The notes below the pieces were generated by a model. It saw only the letters and a program-made list of their open reading frames with translations, ran no database searches and was not told where the DNA came from. Positions 48,923 to 58,573 of a stretch of 64,000 nt of DNA are shown here, piece by piece. The DNA is from Minisyncoccota bacterium. GTDB taxonomy: Bacteria > Patescibacteriota > Minisyncoccia > Phycocordibacterales > UBA918. The position numbers and the translations under genes were made by a program. The DNA is taken from the NCBI GenBank assembly GCA_022841645.1, contig JALHRC010000005.1, positions 2,804-66,803 of the forward strand. The letters run 5' to 3'. The first letter of the stretch is position 1. The number at the start of each line of letters is the position of its first letter.

Positions 48923-50527
48923 ATGATAACCGCTAAGCAAATTATCGCGACGGTCAGTGCAGCCACCCCCACTGACGCAGAACTCATTGAACGAGCGTTT
49001 GCCTTTGCCGAAAAAGCCCACGAAGGGCACACCCGCTACTCGGGCGAGCCCTACATGAACCACGTAGCAGCGGTGGGCCTCAAGCTCGCTGAGATGGGTA
49101 TGGGACCACGCACCATCGCGGCCGGCCTCCTGCATGACACCGTTGAGGACACTCCAGTGACTTCGGAGGATATTAAGAGAGAATTTGGCGACGAAATCCT
49201 GTTTCTCGTTGAGGGGGTAACCAAACTTTCTTCGGTGCGTTACTACGGTAGCGACCGCCACAACGAGTCCCTACGAAAACTTTTCGTCGCAACGAGTCAG
49301 GACATCCGCGTCCTCATCATTAAGCTCGCGGACCGACTCCACAACATGCTCACCCTGGAGTATGTAAAGCCAGAGAAACAACTACGCATCGCGCGCGAGA
49401 CACTCGAGATATATGTACCCGTTGCCCACCGCCTTGGAATGGGTCGAATTCGCAAGGAGCTTGAGGACTTGGCCTTCCCCTACGTCTACCCCGATGAGCA
49501 CAAGCGCGTCGCGGCACTCCTCGAGCAAAAATTTGGCAGCAGCAACGAGGTGCTTGAGCGCGAACGCAAGGTACTGCAAAAGCGTCTGGCTGATGTAAAA
49601 CTGCTCGACTTTTCTACTTCTTTCCGCGTCAAGGGTCTCTACTCACTCTTCCATAAACTCAAGCGCAAAGAATGGGACATCAATACTGTCTACGATCTGC
49701 TCGCCATGCGGGTGATTGTTTCTTCGATGGAAGACTGCTATCGCACGCTCGGTATCGTCCACGAGCTGTGGCGACCCCTGCCCGGACGAGTAAAAGACTA
49801 CATTGCCTTCCCTAAACCAAATGGCTACCAATCGATTCACACCACCGTCACCACGCACAATGGTACGATTATGGAAATCCAGATCCGCACGCGCAAGATG
49901 CACCACGAAGCCGAGTTTGGTGTCGCTTCACATATTGCCTACAAGGCTCCGGCGGTAGAAGGCGCCAAAGCACCCGTCTCACCCTTCAGTACACTCTTAC
50001 CACTCCTCTTTCGACCTTTTTCGTGGCGACAAAGTGCCAGCGCGAAAATTGAGGAGAAGCGCGAGACTCCCCACCAGCAAAAAATTCCCTTGTGGATTTC
50101 AGAAATTGGGCAGATTTACCAGAAGGACAAGGCCCCGACGGCGCAGTTTATTGAGGATATTCGCAACGACTTTTTTAGTAACCGCATCTTCGTCTTTACC
50201 CCCACCGGCGACGTGGTTGATCTCCCGGTTGGTGCCACCCCTATCGACTTTGCTTATGCTATCCATTCAGAAGTAGGTAATCACACTTTTGGTTCGAAGG
50301 TAAATAAGAAACTTGTGCAACTTGATAGTGAACTAAAGAACGGTGACATTGTCGAAATTGAAACACGCAAATCTGCCGCCCCGACCAAGCGGTGGCTCGA
50401 TTTTGCCAAAACGTCGCTAGCGCGTCGCCGTATTCGCAACGCTCTCGGACTCGATAACGGTCCAACGCATGAAAACAAGAATCCTGAAGAAAAGCGCCGG
50501 CCGCCTAGACGCGCGGGGAAAAACTAG
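48923..50527 (+). CDS. rel: RelA/SpoT (p)ppGpp synthetase/hydrolase (HD + SYNTH + TGS)
   Basis: LHDTVED, KLADRLHN, PKPNGYQSIH, EIQIRT, DFAYAIH. Confidence 0.93.
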   Translation: MITAKQIIATVSAATPTDAELIERAFAFAEKAHEGHTRYSGEPYMNHVAAVGLKLAEMGMGPRTIAAGLLHDTVEDTPVTSEDIKREFGDEILFLVEGVTKLSSVRYYGSDRHNESLRKLFVATSQDIRVLIIKLADRLHNMLTLEYVKPEKQLRIARETLEIYVPVAHRLGMGRIRKELEDLAFPYVYPDEHKRVAALLEQKFGSSNEVLERERKVLQKRLADVKLLDFSTSFRVKGLYSLFHKLKRKEWDINTVYDLLAMRVIVSSMEDCYRTLGIVHELWRPLPGRVKDYIAFPKPNGYQSIHTTVTTHNGTIMEIQIRTRKMHHEAEFGVASHIAYKAPAVEGAKAPVSPFSTLLPLLFRPFSWRQSASAKIEEKRETPHQQKIPLWISEIGQIYQKDKAPTAQFIEDIRNDFFSNRIFVFTPTGDVVDLPVGATPIDFAYAIHSEVGNHTFGSKVNKKLVQLDSELKNGDIVEIETRKSAAPTKRWLDFAKTSLARRRIRNALGLDNGPTHENKNPEEKRRPPRRAGKN

Positions 50528-51603
50528 ACGCCAAAATTTTTGATTGAGTAGAGATCGCTCTCGTCAATTTCCGGTTCTGATTCGGTAAGCGTAGTTTCGG
50601 GTGGTACTTCCATAACCGCTTCGCTCTCGTGTTCATACAGTGCACCGAGAGATTCACTGTGCGCAACGTCGGGTGGCAAGGCTGTCGCGGCAGGCAGAGC
50701 GCCTGAAGCTTCAGCGGAAATCACTAGTGGCGTGGCCGCAGTCAAGGCAGCTGCACCTCCGGTTGCGCTGGCCGCTTCGTGGCTACGCACCCGCTCGAGC
50801 ATGCTTTCGAGGTCGGCAATGGAGAAATAGTCGATAGTCAGTCGGCCCCCAAAATCAGTACGCTGGATCTTTACCCGCGTCCCCAGGCTGTCCATAAACT
50901 TCTTTTCCATGTCCATCAGATCAGCCTCCTGCTCAAGGTAGTCCTTCTTGCGCACTTTCTCGGTAGCAATACTGCGCGCAATCCGCTCCACCTCGCGCAC
51001 CGACAGCTTCTTTAGCAAAATCTCTTTAAAGAGCACTTCTTGCTCCTCTGGTCTATCAGACAGCATGAGGAGTGTACGCGCATGTCCCTCACTGAGTTTC
51101 CCGAGCTGTAATGCCTCAAGCACGGCCGGTGGAAGTGCCAGTAGGCGAATAGTGTTGGAGACATACTCGCGGCTGCGACCGACTTTTTCAGCCACCTGCG
51201 TGTGCGAGAGGCCAAAGACATTGGACAGCTGTTGAAACGCCATGGCGCGGTCCACCGCATTAAGATCCTCGCGCTGCAGGTTCTCGATAATGGCGAGTTC
51301 AAGTTTTTCTTGTTCTGTCTGTTCACCTTCACGAATAATGACCGGTACCAGGGTGAGCCCCGCGATCTTCGACGCACGTAAACGCCGCTCACCGGCGATC
51401 AATTCGTACTCTGAGTAGAAGGTGCCGTCTTCACGACTGCGCTCGTGCCGTGTCACCGTAAGTGGCTGCAGAATGCCGTACATACGCACTGAATCAGCCA
51501 GTTCTTTGAGCTTCTGCTCATCAAACTCCCGCCGCGGCTGAAACGGATTGGGAACAATTTTCTCTACTTCTACCCAGTAGATGGAGTCGCCATGAAATGC
51601 CAT
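50524..51603 (-). CDS. parB: Chromosome partitioning protein ParB
   Basis: NPFQPRREF, IAGERRLRA, ENLQREDL, HTH. Confidence 0.93.
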   Translation of the reverse strand: MAFHGDSIYWVEVEKIVPNPFQPRREFDEQKLKELADSVRMYGILQPLTVTRHERSREDGTFYSEYELIAGERRLRASKIAGLTLVPVIIREGEQTEQEKLELAIIENLQREDLNAVDRAMAFQQLSNVFGLSHTQVAEKVGRSREYVSNTIRLLALPPAVLEALQLGKLSEGHARTLLMLSDRPEEQEVLFKEILLKKLSVREVERIARSIATEKVRKKDYLEQEADLMDMEKKFMDSLGTRVKIQRTDFGGRLTIDYFSIADLESMLERVRSHEAASATGGAAALTAATPLVISAEASGALPAATALPPDVAHSESLGALYEHESEAVMEVPPETTLTESEPEIDESDLYSIKNFGV

Positions 51604-51743
51604 AGGAAAATACGCCGGATTACCTCCGCACCACCCGGTGCGAATTTCTGCCATTTTATCACGCCCCATGAGGCCAGGCACACTGTTTATAACTGGGCGT
51701 TTTTCTGCTAGACTCTGTGGGATCTAGGGATTGTTTGTAGTAT

Positions 51744-51826
51744 GCCGCGGTGGCGGAATGGTAGACGCTGCGGACTCAAAATCCGTTTCCTTCACCGGAG
51801 TGAGGGTTCAAGTCCCTCCCGCGGCA
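51744..51826 (+). tRNA. tRNA-Leu(CAA)
   Basis: GCCGCGG...CCGCGGC, GCGGA-CTCAAAA-TCCGT, variable arm. Confidence 0.93.
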
Positions 51827-51960
51827 CACTGCACGTAATGTTTATGGATCCGTTTTTTACAATGAGCTCAATCATGCTTGACTTGTTTATATTATCAGAG
51901 TTGCCTTAGGAGACGATAATCTTCCACGACGGAAAGTCTATTTAGGATACACTCCGCGCC

Positions 51961-52875
51961 ATGCCGAAACCAACACTCATCGCTATCGTCGGCCCTACCG
52001 CCTCGGGCAAAAGTGCACTTGCAGTCGAGCTAGCCCTTGAGCTGGGTGGCGAGGTGATTTCTGTGGATTCACGGCAGGTGTATCGTGGCATGGACATTGG
52101 CACTGGCAAGATTACCCAGGCAGAGATGCGCGGCATTCCCCACCACCTGTTTGATCTTGTCGATCCGGTAAATGACACGTACACCGCCACCGACTTTGAG
52201 CGCGACGCCAACGCTGCTATCAGTGATATTCTTGCGCGCGGTAAACAGCCGATTCTCTGTGGTGGCACTTTCTTTTACCTCGACGTTTTGCGTGGACGCA
52301 TGTCACCAGCTCCTGTCCCTCCGAACCCGCAACTTCGTGCACAGTTAGAGGCACTTTCCCTTTCTGAACTAGAAGTGCGACTGACACAACTCGACCCCGA
52401 ACGGGCGGCCACCATCGACAGCGAAAACCCCCGTCGCCTGATTCGGTCTATCGAAATCGCTACCGCCCTTGGTCATGTGCCAAAGGCTACGCCGGTGGAA
52501 TCACCATACGACTGGCACAGTATCGGCATTGATGTACCGCCAGCGACTTTGCGCCAGCGGATTAGTGAACGACTCGACGAACGATTAGCAGCGGGCATGG
52601 TTGATGAGGTGGTGAAGCTCCACGACGATGGAGTGTCGTGGGATCGGCTCGTATCGTTTGGCCTCGAGTACCGCTACATTGCCGAACATCTACAAGGCAA
52701 GCTTTCATACGGCAACATGCGCACCCAGCTTTTTTTCGCAATTTGTGGGTACGCCAAACGCCAGCGCACGTGGCTCCGCCGCGACCCGAACATACGGTGG
52801 TATCCGTTTCCGGTTGACGTACAAACGGTACTCAAGGAACTTTCTAACTACAATTCCCCAGAACCCTTCGGTTAA
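51961..52875 (+). CDS. miaA: tRNA dimethylallyltransferase
   Basis: GPTASGKS, DSRQVYRGMDIGT, GGTFFY, YAKRQRTW. Confidence 0.96.
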   Translation: MPKPTLIAIVGPTASGKSALAVELALELGGEVISVDSRQVYRGMDIGTGKITQAEMRGIPHHLFDLVDPVNDTYTATDFERDANAAISDILARGKQPILCGGTFFYLDVLRGRMSPAPVPPNPQLRAQLEALSLSELEVRLTQLDPERAATIDSENPRRLIRSIEIATALGHVPKATPVESPYDWHSIGIDVPPATLRQRISERLDERLAAGMVDEVVKLHDDGVSWDRLVSFGLEYRYIAEHLQGKLSYGNMRTQLFFAICGYAKRQRTWLRRDPNIRWYPFPVDVQTVLKELSNYNSPEPFG

Positions 52876-52945
52876 CCGAAGGGTTCGCACTCTTAGTTCA
52901 GCCCGTTAGTACGATCGATCGTACTAAGTGCGCCTGCCTCTTTTT

Positions 52946-53254
52946 TAAAATTCTGTTCTCGAAAACCGATCAATGTGGTAAGATGGCCCGCATCACGGGC
53001 CTATAGTTTAGTGGTAAGAAGCTAGTCGCTTCTTCCTTTCTGCGCTCACTCGGAAATCCAAACCTCATCGGCTTGGACTTCGCTCGTTTCGCTTGAAGAA
53101 AGCCTCCGGCAGGTCTTCCTTTCTGCGCTCACTCGGAAATCCAAACCTCATCGGCTTGGACTTCGCTCGTTTCGCTTGAAAGTAAAATTCTGTTCTCGAA
53201 AACCGATCAATGTGGTAAGATGGCCCGCATCACGGGCCTATAGTTTAGTGGTAA
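52946..53254 (+). repeat. Nested direct repeats: 72-bp unit twice (52946-53017, 53183-53254) enclosing 67-bp unit twice (53031-53097, 53114-53180)
   Basis: Exact repeats read from sequence; 72-bp unit ends in the first 21 nt of tRNA-Trp. Confidence 0.9.
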
Positions 53255-53304
53255 AATTCTGGTCTCCAAAACCAGCGTCCTCCGTTCGAGTCGGAGTGGG
53301 CCCG
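53234..53304 (+). tRNA. tRNA-Trp(CCA)
   Basis: GGGCCTA...TGGGCCC, CTGGT-CTCCAAA-ACCAG, GTTCGAGTC. Confidence 0.92.
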
Positions 53305-53434
53305 CAGTCATATACAAAAAGTTAAGCACGGCACTTGCTTTGATCAGTTTTTATTTCGCCTGCCCTCACGGTATTTCGGTCAAAACCTTTCCCTAATCGA
53401 CCTTTTTCCAAGTGATGGCGAACATACAACCCCT

Positions 53435-54318
53435 TTAACTAGTTGGTGGAGCGCAATGCCAATGAGCACTACGGCTGTCAGCATCGGGGCCTTCCCAGGT
53501 ACACATAGTATTGGGCGATACACGATAACCAGTAAACCCCCCAAAACTCCGTAACCGCTCGTAGGCAGTTTGCCCTGTTCTCATCCAGTCATAAAAACAG
53601 GGCTATTACGTGAACTCAAATCAAGCGCTTGCCCTCCCCCGTGAGCACCCACACCGGTTGGATTACCTGGCGTGCGCACACCACTCGATACTTGTACGCC
53701 GCAAGATTGCTGCATCGCAATTTGACATTCTCTCGCCAATCGGGCAATTTCTTCAAGGCGAGCCGTCGATACTCCCGCTAGCTGCACTCCAGGCTGCACA
53801 ATTACTCCGGCCGCCGTAAGAATGCGCTGTGCATCAGCTGCGGTCGCCGGGTCAGGTGCTTGGCCAGGAAAACGTGGCGCTATCGCCGCACCTTGCGGCG
53901 ACTCTGGCCGATTAACATCGGGCACGGTTTGCGCAAAACACTCAATACGACTCCACGGCAATGGTCCACCTTGCATACCCTGCACTCCCAAACCCCGGAT
54001 CAACGTATCAACAGCAATCCAGGCACCTAAAATAATGAGCAGCCCAATGAACGCACTTACAAAACTTTCCTTTGCATCTTTTAGAGCGCTAGGGTTGCCA
54101 GCAGACGTCACCAGTTTGAAACCAGCTATGACAGCCAGCACCCCAAACCCGACTAAAAGTACTCCAATGAGCCAATCAATAATTGTGTTTGCCATCATCA
54201 CAAAGTCGCACGCACTGCACGTGGCTCCACTACAGGGTACAAAACCTTGTGCCTGAGTAAGATTGGGAATAAATACAAGGACAACTAGTAACTTTGTCGC
54301 TAACCACAATCGAAGCAT
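53435..54318 (-). pseudogene. CPR-type pilin fused to M15-like (LAS) peptidase, split by a 1-nt frameshift
   Basis: Pilin motif PC..CSAC, G..LVTSAGNP....AK; HGGGQALD in first frame, HWH in second frame after the T5 tract at 53593-53597. Confidence 0.7.
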
Positions 54319-54323
54319 AAAAT

Positions 54324-54887
54324 TTATTCAACGAGAGTAACTGCACTGGGACAAAAGCTGAGACCCACGTTTTGACCACCATAAAGCTCACTTGCATTGT
54401 TGGGTACAACAACACTCACCCGTAGCGTACATAGCTCACTGGTACCTAGTTTAACAAGACTTATTAGCCGATTTTCTGCTTCGCGTCGGTAAAACGAAAG
54501 GGGCTTCTGCCAAAGACTGATGGTGAAGCTTGTATCAAAATCGCTATACGTTATGGTATAGGGAGGTAATGGCAAACTTGGATCTAACGTTCCTGCCAAG
54601 TAATAAAATCCTTCATTATTTACGTCCGGTTCTACCCCTGCGTCTTCTCGAAAGTCGGTAAGTAAAATTTCAGTGTTGTCATTTCTGGTAATCGTAAGTG
54701 GGGTTCTAACTGAGGATGTTGCATTCGGCAGATTCTGTTGGTTGTCGGGTGGGAAGATGGTCACTGGCAGCACTGGCTGCTCATATACCTCGCCCTCATC
54801 AACACCAACGACCAGAATCTGCCCCAACACAAACATGGTCAGGATGAGAACTGCAGTCGCAATAGTTAAAAGAAATGTTTTTTTCAT
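54324..54887 (-). CDS. Membrane-anchored hypothetical protein
   Basis: N-terminal TM, two C-terminal Cys; lies between the two pilin genes. Confidence 0.7.
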   Translation of the reverse strand: MKKTFLLTIATAVLILTMFVLGQILVVGVDEGEVYEQPVLPVTIFPPDNQQNLPNATSSVRTPLTITRNDNTEILLTDFREDAGVEPDVNNEGFYYLAGTLDPSLPLPPYTITYSDFDTSFTISLWQKPLSFYRREAENRLISLVKLGTSELCTLRVSVVVPNNASELYGGQNVGLSFCPSAVTLVE

Positions 54888-54908
54888 AACTAGTTAATTT
54901 AAGTGATA

Positions 54909-55808
54909 TTAACGACACCCATTACGAGGATTAGTATATGCGCCCCAATGATTAAACCCTTGTCGTGTGCGCAACAAATCTTGCGCTACAGCAGTGTTGC
55001 AATCAATATTTTGGGCTGCCCGTACACATTGGACATATAAATCTCGATTGAGAATGACGGCGTCGTAATTTCTGCCCCGAAAAGCACTCGTGCAATCGAG
55101 ATTTCGCCCACCGTTAAGACGCGTGCAAGCTGGTTGATTTAAATTATGAACAGTAAGGTTGACTTGATACAGACCAACCGAAAATGAATCACCGGAAGCA
55201 CGTAATCGATCGGTTGAACTAAGCGCACCAGGCATGCATGCACTTTCACCCCGAATAATGCATGACATTGTTTCAGCTGCCGCGCCCCAAGTGCCACGAA
55301 GAGCATCTGGTGAGCAGGCGCCGCTAGCTAAACGTGTTGGATCAATTAAATTGCTCGAGCTAGCATTTGTAGGAGAAAGTCCACCCTGGAGATCTGGCTG
55401 CGCCACACACTGAATCTGATTCCAGGTACCGTATATTTGTCCAGTAACCAGCGCCTTAAGCAAGGTATCAATAAGTAGCCAAGCCGCCAAAAGAACTAAA
55501 AAACCAATTGCTACGTCGTAAAAGCGTTGTTTAGCCCAGCTCCTTGCCTCAGGGTTACCGCCAGATGTAAGTAGCTTAAAGCCCGCCATCATAAAGATAA
55601 GGGCGGCAACCATTGCGAGAATAAGTACCAGCCAGTCGACAACATTGTTGATGAGCAGTACTAAATGACAGAACTGGCAGGGATTTGCTATTCCACCACA
55701 CTGTGGCACGAGCCCCGCTGCCATAGTGGTGTCTGGCGTAAATAAAAATACCGTCGCCAGAACGACGCCAAGCCCCGCCGCCAAAAACCAACGTCTCATT
55801 ACGCCCAT
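54909..55808 (-). CDS. CPR-type pilin fused to lytic transglycosylase/lysozyme-like domain
   Basis: GLVPQC..PCQFC, GFKLLTSGGNP; CIIRGES, GLYQVN, HWGAY. Confidence 0.75.
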   Translation of the reverse strand: MGVMRRWFLAAGLGVVLATVFLFTPDTTMAAGLVPQCGGIANPCQFCHLVLLINNVVDWLVLILAMVAALIFMMAGFKLLTSGGNPEARSWAKQRFYDVAIGFLVLLAAWLLIDTLLKALVTGQIYGTWNQIQCVAQPDLQGGLSPTNASSSNLIDPTRLASGACSPDALRGTWGAAAETMSCIIRGESACMPGALSSTDRLRASGDSFSVGLYQVNLTVHNLNQPACTRLNGGRNLDCTSAFRGRNYDAVILNRDLYVQCVRAAQNIDCNTAVAQDLLRTRQGFNHWGAYTNPRNGCR

Positions 55809-55888
55809 GGTACCATGGCGCCTCACTTCCAAAATATCTGCCTGTGTGCTACCTTGTACGGGCTTTTATAGCACGAAGAAGAGTAGTT

Positions 55889-56250
55889 GCGCCGGTGGTG
55901 GAGTGGATGAAAAGTGAAGCGTTTCACTTTTCATCCAGTCTTCCGCTAGTGCGGAAGAAGGGTCGTTGTGAGTACATGCGGAGCTTGCACGAACAGACCC
56001 TAGGAGGAATCGCGGACGAACGCCCATAGAAATCAAAGCGTTCCAATTAAAATCTATATTACGTCGGTGGTGGAGTGGTCAATCACAACAGACTGTAAGA
56101 CTGACGCTTCGCGCACCAGGCAGTCTTTCTGGCAGATGTGTCTTCCACCGAAGACACATTAAAAAGTCGCTATAGCGACACACCAGTAAATCTTACAGAT
56201 TTCCAGTCTAGATAGATTACGAAAAACATTTGAGTTACAATTGCATATCT
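55889..56250 (+). repeat. Two tRNA-Tyr 5-prime fragments (55889-55906, 56062-56098), each followed by a structured spacer
   Basis: GCGCCGGTGGTGGAGTGG and CGTCGGTGG...GACTGTAA match the intact tRNA. Confidence 0.85.
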
Positions 56251-56333
56251 GCGTCGGTGGTGGAGTGGTCAATCACAACAGACTGTAAATCTGTCGGCTT
56301 CGGCCTACGAAGGTTCGAATCCTTCCCGGCGCA
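56251..56333 (+). tRNA. tRNA-Tyr(GTA)
   Basis: ACAGA-CTGTAAA-TCTGT, variable arm, GGTTCGAATCC. Confidence 0.93.
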
Positions 56334-56455
56334 CAGGTCGTGAAAAACTTGACGTTTTTCCTCAGAAAGCTCTTGTATATCAAGGGCTTTTTTGGTGCCG
56401 AACCTACCTAGACTATCGCCAAGCTTCTTATAAACATTTTGAAAGCCGATTAGTT

Positions 56456-56854
56456 ATGTTTTGCACTAACTGCGGAAACAAAATCGACATAAATGAAAAG
56501 TTTTGCACAAATTGTGGACTTGAAGGTTTGGGCATTAACAACAAAAACCCACAAACTGCTCGAGAAACAGCTATCAGCGTAAAGAAAGATGAAAAATTGT
56601 ATCACAGATTAGGTGTGGTAATTTATGTGATAGCCCACCTTCCATTACTTGTTATTGTTCCTGTGGTTTGGTCAGAAAATGCAAGGTACTACAGTAGCTA
56701 CACTAAAACATACTCCGGCTCTGATTTTGAAGCGTTTTTGTATTCAGTCTTAACTATTATTATTTGCCTCTTAGTGCTTCGTCTGATTAAAATGGCGACT
56801 AAATATATTGTGATAGGTATAAAGCCCAAGATGCGAGATTTGATATTTTTCTAA
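56456..56854 (+). CDS. Zinc-ribbon domain membrane protein
   Basis: MFCTNCG......KFCTNCG, two TM helices. Confidence 0.8.
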   Translation: MFCTNCGNKIDINEKFCTNCGLEGLGINNKNPQTARETAISVKKDEKLYHRLGVVIYVIAHLPLLVIVPVVWSENARYYSSYTKTYSGSDFEAFLYSVLTIIICLLVLRLIKMATKYIVIGIKPKMRDLIFF

Positions 56855-56884
56855 AAAGAACCAACCAAGTACAACAACACTAGG

Positions 56885-57214
56885 ATGGCAACTTTTAAAG
56901 TCACACAGGAAGCAAAAGAACTTTTTGACAAGCTTGTCGCGGAAGGGATTTTTGCTGAACTAGAATACTGGGACGGGTACAAACACGTCGATATACACAT
57001 CCCATTAGCAAAACTTTACATTGAAGTCGATGGAGCCCAACACTTCACAAATCCCAACCAAATAGCCAGTGATTTTCTCAGAGACCACTACTCAGACAAT
57101 AGTGGCTACGACACCTTCAGAATTCCAAACCAAATAGTTAGAGATAAAATGAATACTGTAGTAAAAGCTATTTTAAAGATTGTTTCTGAACGATCTCACC
57201 ATCAGATTTTGTAA
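56885..57214 (+). CDS. DUF559/Vsr-like endonuclease domain protein
   Basis: VDI...LYIEVDGAQH, D..RD, FRIPN. Confidence 0.75.
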   Translation: MATFKVTQEAKELFDKLVAEGIFAELEYWDGYKHVDIHIPLAKLYIEVDGAQHFTNPNQIASDFLRDHYSDNSGYDTFRIPNQIVRDKMNTVVKAILKIVSERSHHQIL

Positions 57215-57334
57215 AGGCAAGATACAAACCAGAAAGACTTTCTAAATCCAATTGAGCTTGAGAGTCAGAAATCGCAACCTTATACTGTCTAAACATGTAA
57301 TCTTGATATTTTGTTACTAATTTTACAGTAAACC

Positions 57335-58315
57335 TCATACAATTTTGGTGTCTGGTGACTCAAAAAGATCAGGATGTGTCAAAACTTTAGTCCCAATTTT
57401 TGAACATATTACTTTTTTTTGCGCGCAAGCTACACGCAAAGAAAGTATTGGCTTACCTGTGATTTTTGACACTTCTGATAAAGACAATAATTTTTTTATA
57501 TCATTAAATCTATTACAAATAACCACATCAAGTGCTATTGCTAGACTCTTATTAATAATCTCTTCTAGTTGCAAGGGTGGCTTTACAAACGGATCTTTGA
57601 AATTGTTTTTGATAATCGTTTGAACTATTGGATCGGCATGTTCGAGCGCATCTATATATTCTTTTCTGTCTTTTTCGCTACCCTTTATAGCAATGTTTGG
57701 ATAACCGTGCGCAACTAAAATAAAATTCATCAAGATTCTACCGACACGCCCATTACCATCAGGAAAAGGGTGAATTTGCTCAAACATATCGTGGACTATT
57801 GCAAGCTTTCTCACCAAATAATCCGTAGGCGTAGGCGTATTAGCAACCTCAATAAGCCCTTCAATATGACGCTCAATTTCAAAAGGTGATGAAGTTTTGA
57901 CCTTCGCACCTGTAATCTCTATGTCTCCCTTTCGCCATTCTCCAGGTGTGTAAGAAAAATTTGGGTCTCCTCTAAACATCAAAGAGTGAATTTGACGAAT
58001 AATTGCTTTAGACAATTTAAACTCTTTTGTCTGGAATTGCTGAAAAGCTAATTCGTACGCCGCAAATGCGGCATCAAAATAACCAAGTACTCGATACTCA
58101 GTTTTTGAGTATTTTGGATTATCAATAATATCAATAATATCTGTTCGACTGACAAAATACCCTTCTATCATTAATGAGTTTCTTGTATCCTCTTTAAGAA
58201 GATCCATCCACTCTTTATTTCGAACAGAAACACCACTCAACCCTCCCACATGAAAAAACCACTCAAATCTAAGATTTGCAGTTGAATTTGGTATGATTCT
58301 TCGTTTTATTGTCAT
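57335..58315 (-). CDS. Fic family protein
   Basis: HPFPDGNGRVGR; N-terminal SLMIEG inhibitory motif. Confidence 0.92.
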   Translation of the reverse strand: MTIKRRIIPNSTANLRFEWFFHVGGLSGVSVRNKEWMDLLKEDTRNSLMIEGYFVSRTDIIDIIDNPKYSKTEYRVLGYFDAAFAAYELAFQQFQTKEFKLSKAIIRQIHSLMFRGDPNFSYTPGEWRKGDIEITGAKVKTSSPFEIERHIEGLIEVANTPTPTDYLVRKLAIVHDMFEQIHPFPDGNGRVGRILMNFILVAHGYPNIAIKGSEKDRKEYIDALEHADPIVQTIIKNNFKDPFVKPPLQLEEIINKSLAIALDVVICNRFNDIKKLLSLSEVSKITGKPILSLRVACAQKKVICSKIGTKVLTHPDLFESPDTKIV

Positions 58316-58573
58316 GTAAATTTTCTATTTACTAAGCAAGATCTAATACTTTTATTTACAAAGCATTATTTTAAGCCCTCTTTACTCAATGTTGATATAA
58401 TATCATATAATACTAAACTCGCAATAATCTATTATAATATAGTTTATATGGCTTAAAATATAAGTATATTACAAAAGTATAATAATCTCTTATTTTATCA
58501 TAATTATACATTTATATTTGAATATTACCCCACACAAAAGTGTCGAACCAACTCCAGCTCGGCGCACAGAAAA

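Noticed and set aside
52946-53254. CRISPR array interpretation of the repeats
   Set aside because: Only two copies of each unit, 67-72 bp long, no repeat-spacer series, no cas genes
53234-53304. Alternative genetic code (UGA recoding)
   Set aside because: TGA terminates clear genes such as dprA, long ORFs are intact under code 11, and tRNA-Trp has CCA
56062-56250. Intron-containing functional tRNA-Tyr
   Set aside because: After GTAAATCT there is no variable arm, T-arm or acceptor 3-prime strand, and no group I core was recognised
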